Origin: Mobula hypostoma
Taxonomy: Eukaryota
Direction of reading: 5' to 3'
Assembly (NCBI RefSeq): GCF_963921235.1
Contig: NC_086097.1
Span: 226,612,001 to 226,676,000 of the forward strand
DNA: 64,000 nucleotides
Positions 11,940 through 25,340 of this stretch are shown here, one piece after another. Below the pieces are notes generated by a model. It searched no databases, had not been told where the DNA came from, and saw only the letters and a program-made list of their open reading frames with translations. A program made the position numbers and the translations under genes. Every line of letters starts with the position of its first letter. Within the stretch, counting starts at the first letter, position 1.

Positions 11940-12604
11940 TATTCCTCTTTTGCACTCCGTACTTTTTAAATTTATACATGATAGTAATTTGTTCTGTACT
12001 GCTGCCAGAAAACAACAAATTTCACGACTTGTGTTCGAGACAATAAACCTGATTCTGGTTCTGATATGAGACATCTCTGTAACTTCTCTCTTGGAGTCCT
12101 ATATTTTCCTCTAATCTGATGAGGACATTTTTACAGGGGAAGACACTGATACCAGAAATTGGATTGCTTTATGACTGAAAAATCAATTTATCCCAGGTGT
12201 TTATGACCATCTTCTGGTCAAATTCCAACAATCTTGAAATTAGATAAGACATTTCCTCTGCCTCAGCTATGAATCTAATTAATGACATCAGACCTGGAAT
12301 TTGGCATTGCAGACTGTCATTGGAGCTCCAGAAACCAACTGTTATCAGGTGATTGCAAAACCTCAGTCCAGCATCTTGCATATTCTCAATTCAAACAATA
12401 TTGATATGGACACTCAACTACCAATTTCAGTTGGCAGTGCCAAACCTCGCTCCCACACTCTCTGGAGCATCCAGAAACTACTCAAGAGAGTGATCATTAA
12501 TGCTCTCTTGTAAAATAATTTCCTGATTAATTAATTCATTTGGTGTCTCTGTGATCATACACGACAGCACATAAAGCATCCTTTTCTTGAGGGGTGTCAC
12601 ATAC

Positions 12605-13125
12605 AAAATTGAATTGACTTTATTTCTTACATTCTTCACATATGTGAGGAGCAAAACTCTTTACATCTCCGTCTGAATGTGCAATATGCAAATTATAGTA
12701 ATTTGTAATAAATAGTATGTACAACAGGATAGTCAATATAGCATAGAAGTACAATTGCGTCCGTGTGAATTAATCAGTCTGGTGGCCTGGTGGAAGAAGC
12801 TGTTCCGGAGCCTGCTGGTCCTGGCTTTTATGCTGCGGTACCATTTCACAGATGGTAGCAGCCGGAACAGTTTGTGGTTGGAGTGGCTCCGTTCTCCAAT
12901 GATCCTTCGGGCCCTTTTTACGCATCTGTTGCTGTAAATGTCCTGAGTAGTGGGAAGTTCACATCCACAGGTACGCCGGGCTGTCCACACCACTCTCTGC
13001 AGAGCCCTGCGATTGAGGGAGGTACGGTTCCCATACCAGGCAGTGATGCAGCCAGTCAGGATGTTCTTAATTTTGCCCCTGTAGAAAGTCATCAGGATTT
13101 GGGGACTGATGCCAAGCTACTTCAA
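12605..13125 (-). mobile_element. Rex1/Babar-type LINE 3' fragment
   Basis: ORF 12733-13092 reads FYRG..ILTGCITAWYGN..LQRVV..LLPS..YRSIKARTSRLRNSFF. Confidence 0.9.
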
Positions 13126-13136
13126 CCATCCAAGAT

Positions 13137-13325
13137 GAAAATGCTGGAAGAACTCAGCAGGTCAGGCAACATCTATGAAAAGAGTCAATGATTCGGCCCA
13201 AGACCCTTCATCAGGTCTGGAAAGGAAGGGAGAAGAAGCCAGAATAAGAACTTTGGGGGAGGGGAAGGAGTACAAGCTAGAGGGTAATAGGTGAAGCCAG
13301 GTGAGGGGGGAAGGGGGATTAAGTG
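13137..13325 (-). mobile_element. Penelope-type terminal repeat with degenerate hammerhead motif (~13185-13220)
   Basis: Reverse complement reads ...ccagacctgatgaagggtcttgggccgaatcattgact...catagatgttgcctgacctgctgagttc. Confidence 0.75.
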
Positions 13326-15404
13326 AGAAAACAATGTCAGTGGAGACAAGTTCCCGGGAGGCTTCAGGCCAGACATTGCAAGCCACTGAGGCAAAGCAGA
13401 GATGCCAGGAGAGATGCCACAGAAATGCATATATGTGATGACTTTTAGGCGTGCCCTAGGGGCTGGAATGCTGTCATCGGGCGAGTCAAGGTTATGGTCT
13501 CTCTCGACATCCCAGCCTCAGGATCATTTCAAGTGACTGCCACTGATCTGTATCACAAATTACAATTTGCAGCTCTCCACAGCATTATAGAGGTCACTGG
13601 TTTTCTATGCTCAAGGAGAAGCAATTTCCCATCATTTTTGATATCAGTGTGGATGAGAAGACATTGTGTGCTAGTGGTTCTGCCAGAGTCACAGACGTTC
13701 CATGATCTAGGCTGCGATCGACAGTATTTATGGTAATACTGACTCCCCTAATGTTCCTCACAAGAGAAAAAGCTTTTTACTTGCTCAATGGCTAGGATTT
13801 ATTTTTCAAACACACACAAGAAACAATTCTTGCTGCCAATGCCATATTTTCCAGCAGTTTTTATTCTTAAGAAAGCTGTTAAGGACACTGATGAGGGAAG
13901 ACCTTGGGTGACGGAGACAGATCACTACTTACTTGGCTGATCGGAAACATCTACACACTCCACACACTGCCGCCTCAGTGCTAGACATCCCTGACTCCTA
14001 AATGTTTGTTCTCCTGCACATCAGTCAGATTTGTGTTGAACCTGTGCAGGATTCTGACCACGATGGAGTAGTATGTTTAGGTCACTGAGTGTGGGCTTGA
14101 CACTGGAGGAGAGGGGTGAAATCATTCCCTTGTAGGACATTAATCTGCTCACTGATTGCGTCTCTCTGCCCGAGGAGAATGGCGACCTCTTACAGATGGC
14201 ATTTCGTTGCTCAGTTAGAACTGCAGTCTGCTAGTGAGTGGCATCCCTCTGCTCGGTGTAAACAGCAAACTGCTGATGCGTCTTCTCGCCATTCCTAAGC
14301 AGCGAACCGCTCCGTGGGAGATAGCGAGCAGAGCTCACGCTGGATCTGTGTGAGATTCTGTGGAGGCAGAAGAACAACGAGATGTCATGTGGCTTCTGCC
14401 TGTCTCTCCTGTCCCAGTTGCCGATGGTTGATGATACTGTTCTCAAACCGTTGTAAGGGAAGTGTAGATGAGTTCCAGAATGGAGAAACGGTCTCCTGGC
14501 TCTGTACAGCTTTCTGCCGGTTAAAAGAGATGCACTCGTCCAAACTCCATGCCGTCTCCTGTATTTGATAAATACACGTCCTGACATCCTGACAGCCAGC
14601 TGTATCCACCTCTGTGTTTCCTTTCCTGAATTCTCCTGACTCTGGTCCTTACCTAATGACGTTAGGTTGTGTGTCCCTCTCATGAAACCCAACAGCCATA
14701 CAGATCAGAACCAGGCCCTTCCACTCAACTGGGCCATGCTGACCAAGATCCGCATTTAAGATAGTCCCAGTTGACCACGTTGGACCAATATCCCTCTTAA
14801 GTTTTTCCTGTCCATATACGTGCCTCAACCACTTCTTCTGGCTGCTTATTCCATGAACTTGCCTCCCTCTGGGTGAACAGGTTGCCCCTTGGGTTCCCCT
14901 TGCAGAAGATATAAAAAGTACATACCACCAGGTTCAAGGATAGCTTCTATCCTATTGTTATCAGAATATTGAATGGATCTCTAACACGATAAAATGGACT
15001 CTTGGCCCCGCAATATGCCCAGGTATGACCCTGTCTATGCCCCTCATGTCTTATTATATAACTCTATACTATCACCCCTTGTACTCCTTCACTCCAATGA
15101 AAAACATCCCAACCTCTAAGCTAGCTATCAGACCATGGATCACCTGTGTCCAGTGTCACTTCACAAACCAGAGCCCTGCAGCCTGCCTTGTTCATTCCTG
15201 AGATAATGCTCTGGGGAGTCGTGCATCGTGAAATTATGGTGACCTTTCCCCCCTTACCTTGCTGCTGTTTCTCCTGACCCGGCACCTTCCCCCACTCTAT
15301 CTTGCGTGGCTGAGGTTGGAGCAGGCCTGTGGGGAAGAAAGTCCCCATGTGCTGGAAGGAGAGAAAACAAGAGAGGTGAACACATATTCAAAGACTAAAC
15401 CAGC

Positions 15405-16265
15405 TTCACAGTTCAGTGTAAACTTATTATCAAAGTTTGTACCTACACCATCTACAACCCTAAGATTCATTTACTAGTGGGCATACAGACTAAATCCAAG
15501 AAACACGATAGAATCATTGAACGACCACACCCAACAAGATGAACTAATGTCCAAAAGACAGCAAACTGTGCAAATACAAAAGAAAGAGAAAAACAAATAA
15601 ATATCAAGATGAGGAGTCCTTGAAAGTGAGTCCATAGGTTGTGGGATCAGTTCAGTGATGGGGCGAGTGAAATTGAATGGTTATCCTCTCTGGTTCAAGA
15701 GCCTGATGGTTGAGGGCTAAGAATTGTTCCCAGATCTGTTGGTGCGAGTGCTGAGGCTCAGGTACCACCTTCTTGATGGCAGCAGTGAGGATAGAGCATG
15801 GCCTGAGTAAATGTGGGTCACTGGTTTTCTACAAAGGTGGTCTATGTAGGTGGGCTGTATGGTGAGGAGGGCTTCACCCGTGATGGACTGGGCTGTATCC
15901 TCTACTTTTGTTGTGGATACGGCCCAGTCTAGTATTTATTTCCTTTCAAAGGCATTGGTGTTTCCAAACCAGGTCACGATGTAGTCAACGTGCTCACCAC
16001 CACACATCTCTAGAAGTTAGTCCAAGTATTAGATGTCATGCCGAATCTTCACAAACTTCTAAGGAAGAAGAGGCATGGCCGTGCTCTCTTTGGAATGGCA
16101 CTTAACGTGCTGGGCCCAGGACAGTTCCTCTGAAATGATAATACCTAGGAACTTAAAGTTGCCTCTGATCGCCCATTCAGGACTAGCTCATGGATCTCCG
16201 ATTTCTCCTCCTAAAATCAATAATCAGCTCCTTGGTCTTGTGGTAATGGAGCAAAACTTTGTTCT
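15405..16265 (-). mobile_element. Rex1/Babar-type LINE 3' fragment (degraded)
   Basis: Minus strand KTKELIIDFRR. Similar to 43140-43650 (gagtccttgaaagtgagtc, cctgatggttga). Confidence 0.75.
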
Positions 16266-16884
16266 CGACGACCCACAGCATCATCTTCGATACTGGTGCA
16301 AAGGGTGGCAAGTCAGGTGAAAGGAACTCTGCTGTTAGGATATACCTTGTCCACGCTGCACCATGTTCAGGCAGGAAGCCCATGCAGCTGGTTTGCCGAC
16401 TCACCAGAGAGTAAGGCCACACATTCCACTGCCCTGGTGGAAAAAGGACATATTTGGGAACCATTCATGAGAAGGCTGATGGGGCAGTTCTCCTCTGGCA
16501 TTCAGCAAGCGTTCAAATAGTTGAAGGCGTCCATCTCATTGTATGTATAAGACACAAGACCAATAGAAGGTAATGTTTCTATGATTAGAATGCATATTTG
16601 CCAAGGAGATTTCAATGCAGCTTCAGTCTCAGTGATCCCCCTTGCCTGTAAGAAGCAGCAAATCTCTCTCCTCCAGAATGCTAAGGAATACACCCCTCAT
16701 TCCTCTCACTAACTGCCCACAGCCATTCCGAAGGTCCCCTCGTTATACTGCCCAATCTGCCTTCTCTGCATACATGTATAGATGAAGTATATTCACAATG
16801 CCAAGTTATATTACTTTAGTGTTCTGTTCAAATCTGTACATTTTAAAGTAAATTTTAAGCATTTTACCAACTGTTTTGTCTGGA

Positions 16885-17088
16885 ATTGTTGTTCCTTTGC
16901 ACGCCTTGTGGCACATCGGGCATCAACCTTGATGTTTCTTAAGTATTTGCCTTTTTTTATGGGGCCAACTTGCTAGCTCATCACTCAACCCAGCATGGAT
17001 GGAAAGCATGCAAGGAGCTGGCCAGACTCGAACCTGGGAACACTCACCTTGAAGTCCGGTACAGATAGCACTACACCGCTGGCCGGCT
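16885..17088 (-). mobile_element. tRNA-derived SINE (second family; same as 53581-53785)
   Basis: Reverse complement gccggccagcggtgtagtg..ccggacttcaagg..caggttcgagtc (A and B boxes)..catgctgggttgag. Confidence 0.75.
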
Positions 17089-17202
17089 ATTTGTCTGGGA
17101 TAAGAGTAGTATTTATTCTAGTTTCTGTTACACTGGGAAACAGTTGCTCATGATTGACAGCTGAATCTTGCTTTCAGACTTGCACAGAATAACAATATTC
17201 AG

Positions 17203-17276
17203 GCTGTGGTGTGTATAGTAACCTCCAGCAAGATGAGCTGTACCAGTGGTGAAGCGCTTTATTTGCATGAATTTAC
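17203..17276. repeat. 74-bp direct repeat, copy 1 (copy 2 at 18132-18205); contains octamer ATTTGCAT
   Basis: 70/74 identical by direct comparison; flanks unrelated. Confidence 0.95.
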
Positions 17277-18131
17277 AGCCAGGTTAACATTTAGTTTCAA
17301 TTGGCAGAGTTTCTTCCTTTGTTAGGGCTCATGTATAGCATTGTCATTAATACAATTTTGAATATCTTTCCAGAGCATATCGAATATATATTTGCTGAGG
17401 AAAAATATAAGATACACTTAATAACCAATATTATTTAATACTCAATTTATTTACTGTAGGATCATTAAAAATATAATAAGTTCTTTATTTTGATCAATGC
17501 TGGCTTTAAATGCTTCTATATATGCAAATTTTAACATATATGAGTTTCACCCTGAGTTGTATCATATATTGCCATTGTGTAGATAATGTAATGTTCCCTC
17601 CTTGATCAATCTGAAACTTTGCAAGATGGTGTGATATCTTGCTGGAATGTTTTATGATAATATGTTTGTTCTGCCGTAGAACCCAACTCCTGTACTGTGG
17701 TACTAATAGAATTGTTGACTGAATGTTTTGGTTGGACGTGATTCTTGAACAGCAGGGGAACAGAGGGAAATTGCCATTCCTAACATTCTTCAAAAAATAA
17801 GCACAGTTTTGCCTATTCATTGAGCTGTGGGGATAAAACGTAAGATGTCTAAAACTGGCTGGTGGTTAATAGACTTTATCTTTGAAAACAAAAGCTATGT
17901 TTCCTGTTTAATATTTTAATTAAAAATAAGTATGAGTCAAAGTTGGTTTGTCGACGTTCCTTCAAGCAGAATTAAATAAACCTGAATGATTTTCATTGGG
18001 CTGTTTTGTTCTTCTTAAGGCCTTATTAAAGATCATTAATGAGAACCTTGTGCAGTGATCATCCTCTGCACAGTCAAATGGGAAAATGAATTAGTAGCTA
18101 TGATATCCCTCCATTATGACCCTGGCGTCCA

Positions 18132-18205
18132 GCTGTGGTGTGTGTAGTAAACTCCTGCAAGATGAGCAGTACCAGTGGTGAAGCGCTTTATTTGCATGAA
18201 TTTAC
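18132..18205. repeat. 74-bp direct repeat, copy 2
   Basis: gctgtggtgtgtgtagtaaactcctgcaagatgagcagtaccagtggtgaagcgctttatttgcatgaatttac. Confidence 0.95.
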
Positions 18206-19949
18206 GGGCATGTGGAACTGGCATTTTTCTAATATCATATGGGATTGCTGCAATCTCTCTAATCATCCCTACTTTTTAACCTCCTAAGCAAGGAAAATAA
18301 ACTACCAATTCTGGCAAGAATATTCTAGTGCTTAGGCTTTGCCTGAGCCGCATGGAGTTTACAATATGTCAGATGACTCCATGAACTGGCTATCACATAA
18401 GCTTCCAGACGAAAATTCTGATTTAATGAGTGTCTTCCGCTGCTCCGGTCTCTGCCTGATGGTTGTCTTGTGAAGGGTGGACTGAATTTCTTCTTGAAAG
18501 GCAGGGTGGAAACCACTAGAAGCAATACAAAACTTGACGAAGGAGTTTGCTACATATGTTCCTATGTTGGGGTAAAGTTCAAATTGAATTTATTATCAAA
18601 GTACATACATGTCACCATATACTACTTAGAAGTTCATCTTCTAGCAGGCATTCACAGTGGTACAAAGAAATGTAATAGAATCAATGAAAGGCTACACAGT
18701 TGGTTTTGGAGTTCAGTGGCTAGAGTTTGAATAATTTCCTATTAGTCTTAATCCACCAGTGGGAAGATTTTTGTTGGTGGAACAGTGCGGTGAAACACTA
18801 TGAAAAAGTTTTTGTAGCAATGACTCTGTTTTCCTAGATCCTGGTCTGCGCTGAAATTGGCTCTGTTGTGGACCCATCTGTTAGGACCATGAAAACAGTC
18901 TTCTCTACCTAGACAAATCTGAAGAGCATCATCTCCTGTTCCTTCCAGTTGATGGAGTGTTGGTTTTTAATGAGATCAGAGAAAGAATCGATGGAGGTTG
19001 AAGGTTGCAGAGTGGGTCTGCAGATTGTTGACAGCCATGATTTGCAGATTCTTCAGCAATGTCAAAGACATCTAGAGGCCAAAGTCCTCAGAGTACACCT
19101 CACTTAGAGCCAAGTACAAAGGCAAATTCAGGAAGGGCTGTCAACTCCTATTGGAAGTAACACTTTGCAGACTTCTTCCCTCATGACAAGGGCACTGAGG
19201 GCACTGTTGACTCCATGTCACAGTAGCCATTTCAGTCCAGCTTTGCTGTCACTCTTGTTAGACAGGTCATATCCCAATTAAAAATGAACAAGAGAGAAGA
19301 TGGTAACCCTACTGATATTCTAAAAGTTGGTAGGGAAGAGCATTAGTCAGAAATCTATATTCTTATCAGCCATGGTGGGACGATAAGCCAGCTGACCTCA
19401 GGAATGCTTTTAATCACATCATCGACAAGAAGGGAGACAAATCCAATTGTAGTAACTACAGAGGGCTTTCACTGTTGTCTACCACTGAGAAAGTCAGTAG
19501 TAGAATCCTCCTCAAAAGCCACTTCTCGGTGGACAAAGGGCTGCTGTCTGTGTCAGTGTGGATTCCCACCACCTAAAGGCTCACTGGGCATGATCTTCAC
19601 CCACTCCTCCAACTCCTGAAACCCAGATTCAATGCTGACATCTTTTGCTGTCTTTGTGGACGTTGAATATTCTCCCGAAGATCACATTAGCTTCCTTTGG
19701 ATGGTCCAGTTTCCTTCTATGTTCTACATAGTGTGTATAAGTGACCTGTAGAATCTCGGGGATTTGATGAAAGTGTAGGAAAAGTAAGTCTGAGGAAAAC
19801 TTAGTGGGGAAATGGCCTCAAATGTCATAAAGAAGTATGGTACAGCAATTCTATAGAAGGGACCAGAGAAGGTGCAGATGAGATTCATGGGAATTTTGTC
19901 TGGGGCAGAGCATTTCATTTCTGCGAAGAGACTGGAAAGGCTGGATTTA

Positions 19950-20500
19950 CACTCACTCACCACTTATTAGGTAGACCTGTACACCTGCTCATTAATGCAA
20001 CTATCTTAACAGCAACTCAATGTACACAAGTATGCAGACATGGTCAGAGGTTCAGTTGTTGTTCAGGCCAAACATCAGAATGGCGAAGAAATGTGATCTA
20101 AGTGACTTTGACCGTGGAATGATTGTTCGTGCCAGACAGCGTGGTTTGAGTGTCTCAGAAACTGCTGGTCTCCTGGGATTTTCACACACAACACTCTCTA
20201 GAGTTTACAGAGAATGTTGCGAAAAACAAAAAAACATCCAGTGTGTGGCAGTTCTGTGGGCAATGATGTCTTGTTAATGAGAGAGGTCGAAGGAGAATGG
20301 CCGGGCTGGTTCAAGCTGACAGGAGGTGACAATAATGTAAATAACCGTGTGCTACAACAGTGGTTTGCCGAAGGGCATCTCGGAATGCACAACACATCAA
20401 ACCTTCAAGTGGTTGGGCTATAGCAGCAAAAGACCACGAACTGCTCTCAGTGGCCATTTTATTAGGCACAAGAGGTACCTAATAAAGTGAGCATAGAGTG
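19950..20500 (+). mobile_element. Non-autonomous Tc1-like element inserted at a TA within an old CR1 fragment (~19850-20870)
   Basis: TA-cactcactcaccacttattaggta...tacctaataaagtgagcatagagtg-TA. ORF 20020-20277 contains the Tc1 HTH segment MAKKCDLSDFDRGMIVRARQRGLSVSETAGLLGFSHTTLSRVYRE. Confidence 0.9.
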
Positions 20501-21329
20501 TATTTTCCTTGCGGAGGCTGAGATTAGGCTTGACTGAGGTGTGCATAATAATTAGGGGTACAGCCAGGAGACAGTAGGAAACTATTCCCCATAACAAACG
20601 TATCAAAAACAAGAGCACGTGTGTTTAGGGAAGGAAGAGGGGAGTATTTGAAAAAGAATTTTTTTGAACCTCAAGCATAGTTAAGATCTGGAACACACTC
20701 CCTGAGTGAGTGTAGAAGCAAGAAACTGCTCAAGATTTTGAGAAATATTTGGATGATTGATTGATTTGCCAATGAATAGAAGTCATTGAGACAGTTGTAG
20801 GAAAATGGGATCAACATAGATGGTTGATGTGGACATAATGGGCCAGTGGGTCTGTTCTTAATTTGTTTGACTCTGTCTCTAATTCCAAGAGAAATGCAGG
20901 GAGCAACCTAAGCCATTATACATGACCAAATGAACCATTGTTGGTATCAACAATGGAGCAGAAGAATGTCAGGGTTGTATACTTTGATAATAAATGTTCA
21001 TTATCTTTGAACCAACAGTGGGACAGATGTGAAAAATGGAAGTCCACTATTGAATCTTTTCAGGTAAAGTGAAATAAAGCACAAATATAGGAAAGTGAAG
21101 AAAGATAATAGGTAGAGATAGCTGGGTGAAGTGTTGGACTGGTGAGGAGAGGTCACCAGGATTATCAATACTCTTCTGCACCCTATAGCCTGCTTAAACA
21201 TTAATGTGAATGTTAATTGGGAATACTGGCCATCAATTTTCTTCGCATTGCTCCAACTCCATTGCTTCACTGACGCGGTGCCAGAAATGCTTGTAAATAG
21301 GATTATTGTTGCACTCCTAGTTCAGGGAG

Positions 21330-21630
21330 ACAAGGTAGCTCAGTGGTTAGCGTAACGCTTTACAGCACCAGCAATCTGAAGATTGGGATTACAATTCTCC
21401 CCATGATCACATATGTTTCCTCCAGATACTCTGGTTTCCTCCTACATTCTCCAGACATAAAGGTCAGAGCCAGTAAGTTATGGGAAAGCTATGTTGGTGC
21501 CAGAAGCATGCCAACACTTGTGGGCTGCCCCCAGTACATCATTGGACTGTGTTGTTCATTGATGCAAATGATGTACAGTGTACTTCACTATAGGTTTTGA
21601 TGACATAATAAAGCTATACTTCTTTAAATC
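21330..21630 (+). mobile_element. V-domain tRNA SINE (tail type ccagaagcatgccaacacttgtgggctgcccc)
   Basis: ggtagctcagtggttagcgtaacgctttacagc head; ttctcccc..gtttcctcc..ctggtttcctcc core. Confidence 0.8.
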
Positions 21631-22049
21631 TTTAAAGTCATAGTGGTAATGTATGAATAACTATGAAGAAATATAGAAATACAAAACTGACAAAATATGA
21701 AAATAGGTAAGTATTTATAAATTAGAACTAGTAGCGGAAAAAATATAGGCAATAGAATGGCAGGGTTCTTTTTTTTTGGAAATGTCAACATTTGTCTTAA
21801 TGTTAATTTTTTAAATTATATAGGGCCAGAAGGTTTTAGAAGAATGAGCGATGATCTTATTGAAATAAAGTCTGGGGGGAATTGTCAAGATAGATGCTGA
21901 GAGGATGGTTCCCATAATCAAGGGGATCTGGAAGTAGGGGCATGGTTTCAGACCTAGGCATTGCTCTTTCAAGAAGGAAATGAGGAATTTCTTCTCTCAG
22001 ATGATTATGAGTTCTCTGTCCAAATGAGCCATGAAGGTAAAGTTTCTAA

Positions 22050-22544
22050 CTAGCATCAATCGCGTGCACTTGCGTTACATTACGCCGTGCTTCAGGTGAA
22101 CAGTTTTTAAATAGCATCATTTGCTTCAACAAGTTAGGGATTATGAAGAATTTGAAAGTGTCGACAACATCTTGAATATTAAAATGAAAATTTGGAGGAT
22201 GCAATCATCAAAATGTTTTTATGAAGGCCGTCCATTATCTACACTAGCTGACTGCACAGATTTTGTGCATTTACAGTCAATCAAAAGCAAGCAGCAGCGT
22301 ACACTAAATTCCTACATCGATAAATATTAATAACTAATAGACAGTTTTATAGTACTATAGTAGTATTGATAGTGTTCTAATTTGTTCTGTATTTCATTTA
22401 AATACATAATTTATTACTTAGTTATATGGCAGTTTGTCTTTTTTTTTATAACTTTTTAATTATTTCCATGAAACTTCAGCTTATTTGGGCAGTCACATAA
22501 TTAGGCCAAAATGTACTGGTCCCGATTGACTGGAATCCACTGTA
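22050..22544 (+). mobile_element. pogo/Tigger-like right-end fragment
   Basis: Ends ...ggaatccactg-TA. AT-rich subterminal region. No matching left end seen. Confidence 0.45.
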
Positions 22545-23327
22545 TGTGTATGTAAATCCTGGACCTGTGGACTTTAAAATGTTTAAATGCTTGTGGATCC
22601 ACCCAGAATTATCAATGGAAACACAATTTATAATGTACATATGAGCTGCAAATATACAACAGTGGATCCTATGCCTCCATTTTGAGAAAAGTGTCTAGTG
22701 CACTGAAGTAATCCAGGAAATGGTAGAACTAATACATAATTTTCCTCATATCCAGGCAAATCCTGGGCCAAGTTCCACATGATGTGTCAACATTGAGATT
22801 GATAAAAGATGGTAGTCTTCATTAACAAAATAAATCAAACACTGAAGGTTCTGTAACTTTGTACTTGTATTTTTAAATTGTATAGGTCATTACTGTCGTT
22901 AGAATATTGGGCCTGGGCTGGATCAAATCCCATATTTGTAATGAAACTACAGGGGTCAAATAATGAATGTAACTCCTGATATTTTGCAACATTGATGAAT
23001 GTTCAGGTTTCGCCTATTATTTGAAACCAAAGTCAGAGAATTAGAGAGGAACAAAGAGAAACTATAATCGAAGCAAGAGAAAATACGGATGCAAAAAAAA
23101 AGCACAATTCCAGGAACAGTAATTGGCAAACAATTTTAAACATAAATTTATACTCTCCGTGCCTGCTGCAAAACTGTAGGCAGTTTGTATAATTTCTGTG
23201 CTATTAAAAAACTAGGTAACCATTTATAACATTAATAGGGCTGAACCTTAGATAGAATACTGGTATAAAGTTGCAAATTGTAGAGAATGTTGTCATTTCT
23301 AATATAATTTCATGAGAGATATTTGAA

Positions 23328-24132
23328 ATGTATGTCAATGATTTGGACGATGGAATTTATAGCTTTGTGACGAAGTTTGCGGATGATACAGAGACAGGTG
23401 GAGGAGCAGGTTGTGTTGAGGAAGCAGGAAGTCCACAGATGGACAGACAAATTGGGTGAATGGGAAAAGAAGTAGCAGATGGAATATAGTATCAGGAAGT
23501 GTATGGTCGTGCACTTAGGCAGAAGGAATAAAATCATATACTTTTTTTCTAAACGGGAAGGGAATTCAAAAATCTGAGGTGCTTGGGAGTCCTCTCTAAA
23601 GGTTGAGTCAGTGGTGAAGGTAAATGCAATGTTAGCATTCATTTTGATAGGACTAGAATATAAAAACAAGGATGTAATGCTGAGGCTTTATAGGGCACTG
23701 GTGAGACCTCACATAGAGTATAGTGAGCAGTCTTTGGCCCCCTAGGGGGCATCTCATTGAAACCTATCAAATGTTGAAAGGCCTAGATGGAGTGGATGTG
23801 GAGAGGATATTTTCTATAGTGGGAGAAGCTAGGACCAAAGGGCACAACCTCAGAATAGAAGAGAGATTTCCATTTAGAATGGAGATGAGGAGGGATATCT
23901 TCAGCCAAAGCATGGTGAATCTATGGAATTTGTTGCACAAGCAGCTGTAGAGGCCGGGTCATTGGGTATAGTTAAGGCAGAGGATGACTGATTCTTGATA
24001 AGTTAGGGTGTGAAAGATTACAGGAAGAAGGCAGAAGAATGAGGTTGAGAGGAAAATGGATCAGTTGTGATCAAATAGTGGAGAGCAGACTCGCTGGGCC
24101 AAATGGCCTAATTCTATTCGTGAGTCTTACAG
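23328..24132 (+). mobile_element. CR1 RT C-terminal fragment with internal deletions
   Basis: aagtttgcggatgataca (KFADD), LYRALVRPH, HLIETYQMLKGLD..FSQSMVNLWN. Confidence 0.9.
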
Positions 24133-25244
24133 TCTAAAATTTCAAATAGTGGATTTTTTTAAAAACATAAAGTATATCTTCTATCAAACAATGGAAGAAT
24201 GCCAACATTTCTCCTAAGTTAATGGACCACCAATGAAATTGCTGGGAAAATATGGTGCTGAAATAGGTATAGTGCAATTCCATTAGCTGGCTATTATTTA
24301 GAGAAGAAAACAGGAATTGCAAAGTAATTTGATTGAAATATGGACTTTAATCTATATGCAAACTTAATAAAGCAAAATTAACAAAAAAAAGTCTTTATTA
24401 TTACACCTGAAATTCAAAACCTCAACTGAAAATCAAGAGTTAGGATTTGCATGAAACAGCACTAATCAGTACCTCCAAAGCTTTAGGATTGTATTGCGTG
24501 CCCAATATTATACAATTTGATGGTTCATAATGCTTCAAGTTCAAAACCTTACAATGAAATGAAGTAAGACATGCTTTTGTCTTTGGGTAATCCTAAGAGG
24601 GTCATAGGAGAGATTTGCTGTTTCTGAGGCAGGTGCAAATTATTATGTTTTGATATCTTTTACAACGTAGTGTGACTGCCTACTTGATAAAATGTGTTAT
24701 CACAGAATTGCTCTGCATAAGTATTCCACATATTCAGTGGCTTTTATTTATTACGTAGTTTGTTGGTCTATGGAAGGAGTTTGTTTTAGATACATTGCAA
24801 ATAGTGTTTGATAACTTTATACATGCTATTTAAATTGTATTCTCACAAATACAGATGCATGTAATATTAGTGGTGGAAACTAAACAAAATAATAATTATA
24901 AATTAGTTTGAATTACCGATTTTGAACTGATGAAATGTAGCCTCATGATAGTAGAATGTTTGATATTTAGCAAGAAGTGGTAAGGGACAGGATTTCTGTA
25001 CTGCCCAATGGAATAAAATGATTTAAACCTTGAATGTAATTCTATACCAGAAGGACAGATCTGATGTTTCTTCAGGGAAAAGGTTATGTTTTATATTTTC
25101 AAATGGGTTTAAATTGTAATTATGAATTTAATTATCTATGTACTTGGGTTTGGTCATTGTGTTTGTGATATATAGTCCTTAGTTTCTAAGTTATAAACAT
25201 TAGTAATAGTTTTGCAAGATTTCTATTTTAATTAAGCTATTTTA

Positions 25245-25340
25245 TTTATGTATAGACGTTCACCATAGAAACCTTCAGTCATGCAAAAAGATAGGTAAAA
25301 TCTTTATGTATAGATGTCCGCCAAAGAAACCTTCAGTCAT
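25245..25340. repeat. 38-bp imperfect direct repeat (25245-25282, 25303-25340)
   Basis: tttatgtatagacgttcaccatagaaaccttcagtcat versus tttatgtatagatgtccgccaaagaaaccttcagtcat. Confidence 0.9.

Noticed and set aside
14231..14692. 153-aa minus-strand ORF
   Set aside because: Non-ATG start, no recognisable domain and composition typical of a chance ORF
18740..19720. Possible ancient LINE ORF1-like remnant
   Set aside because: I could not identify a convincing motif; all frames are broken
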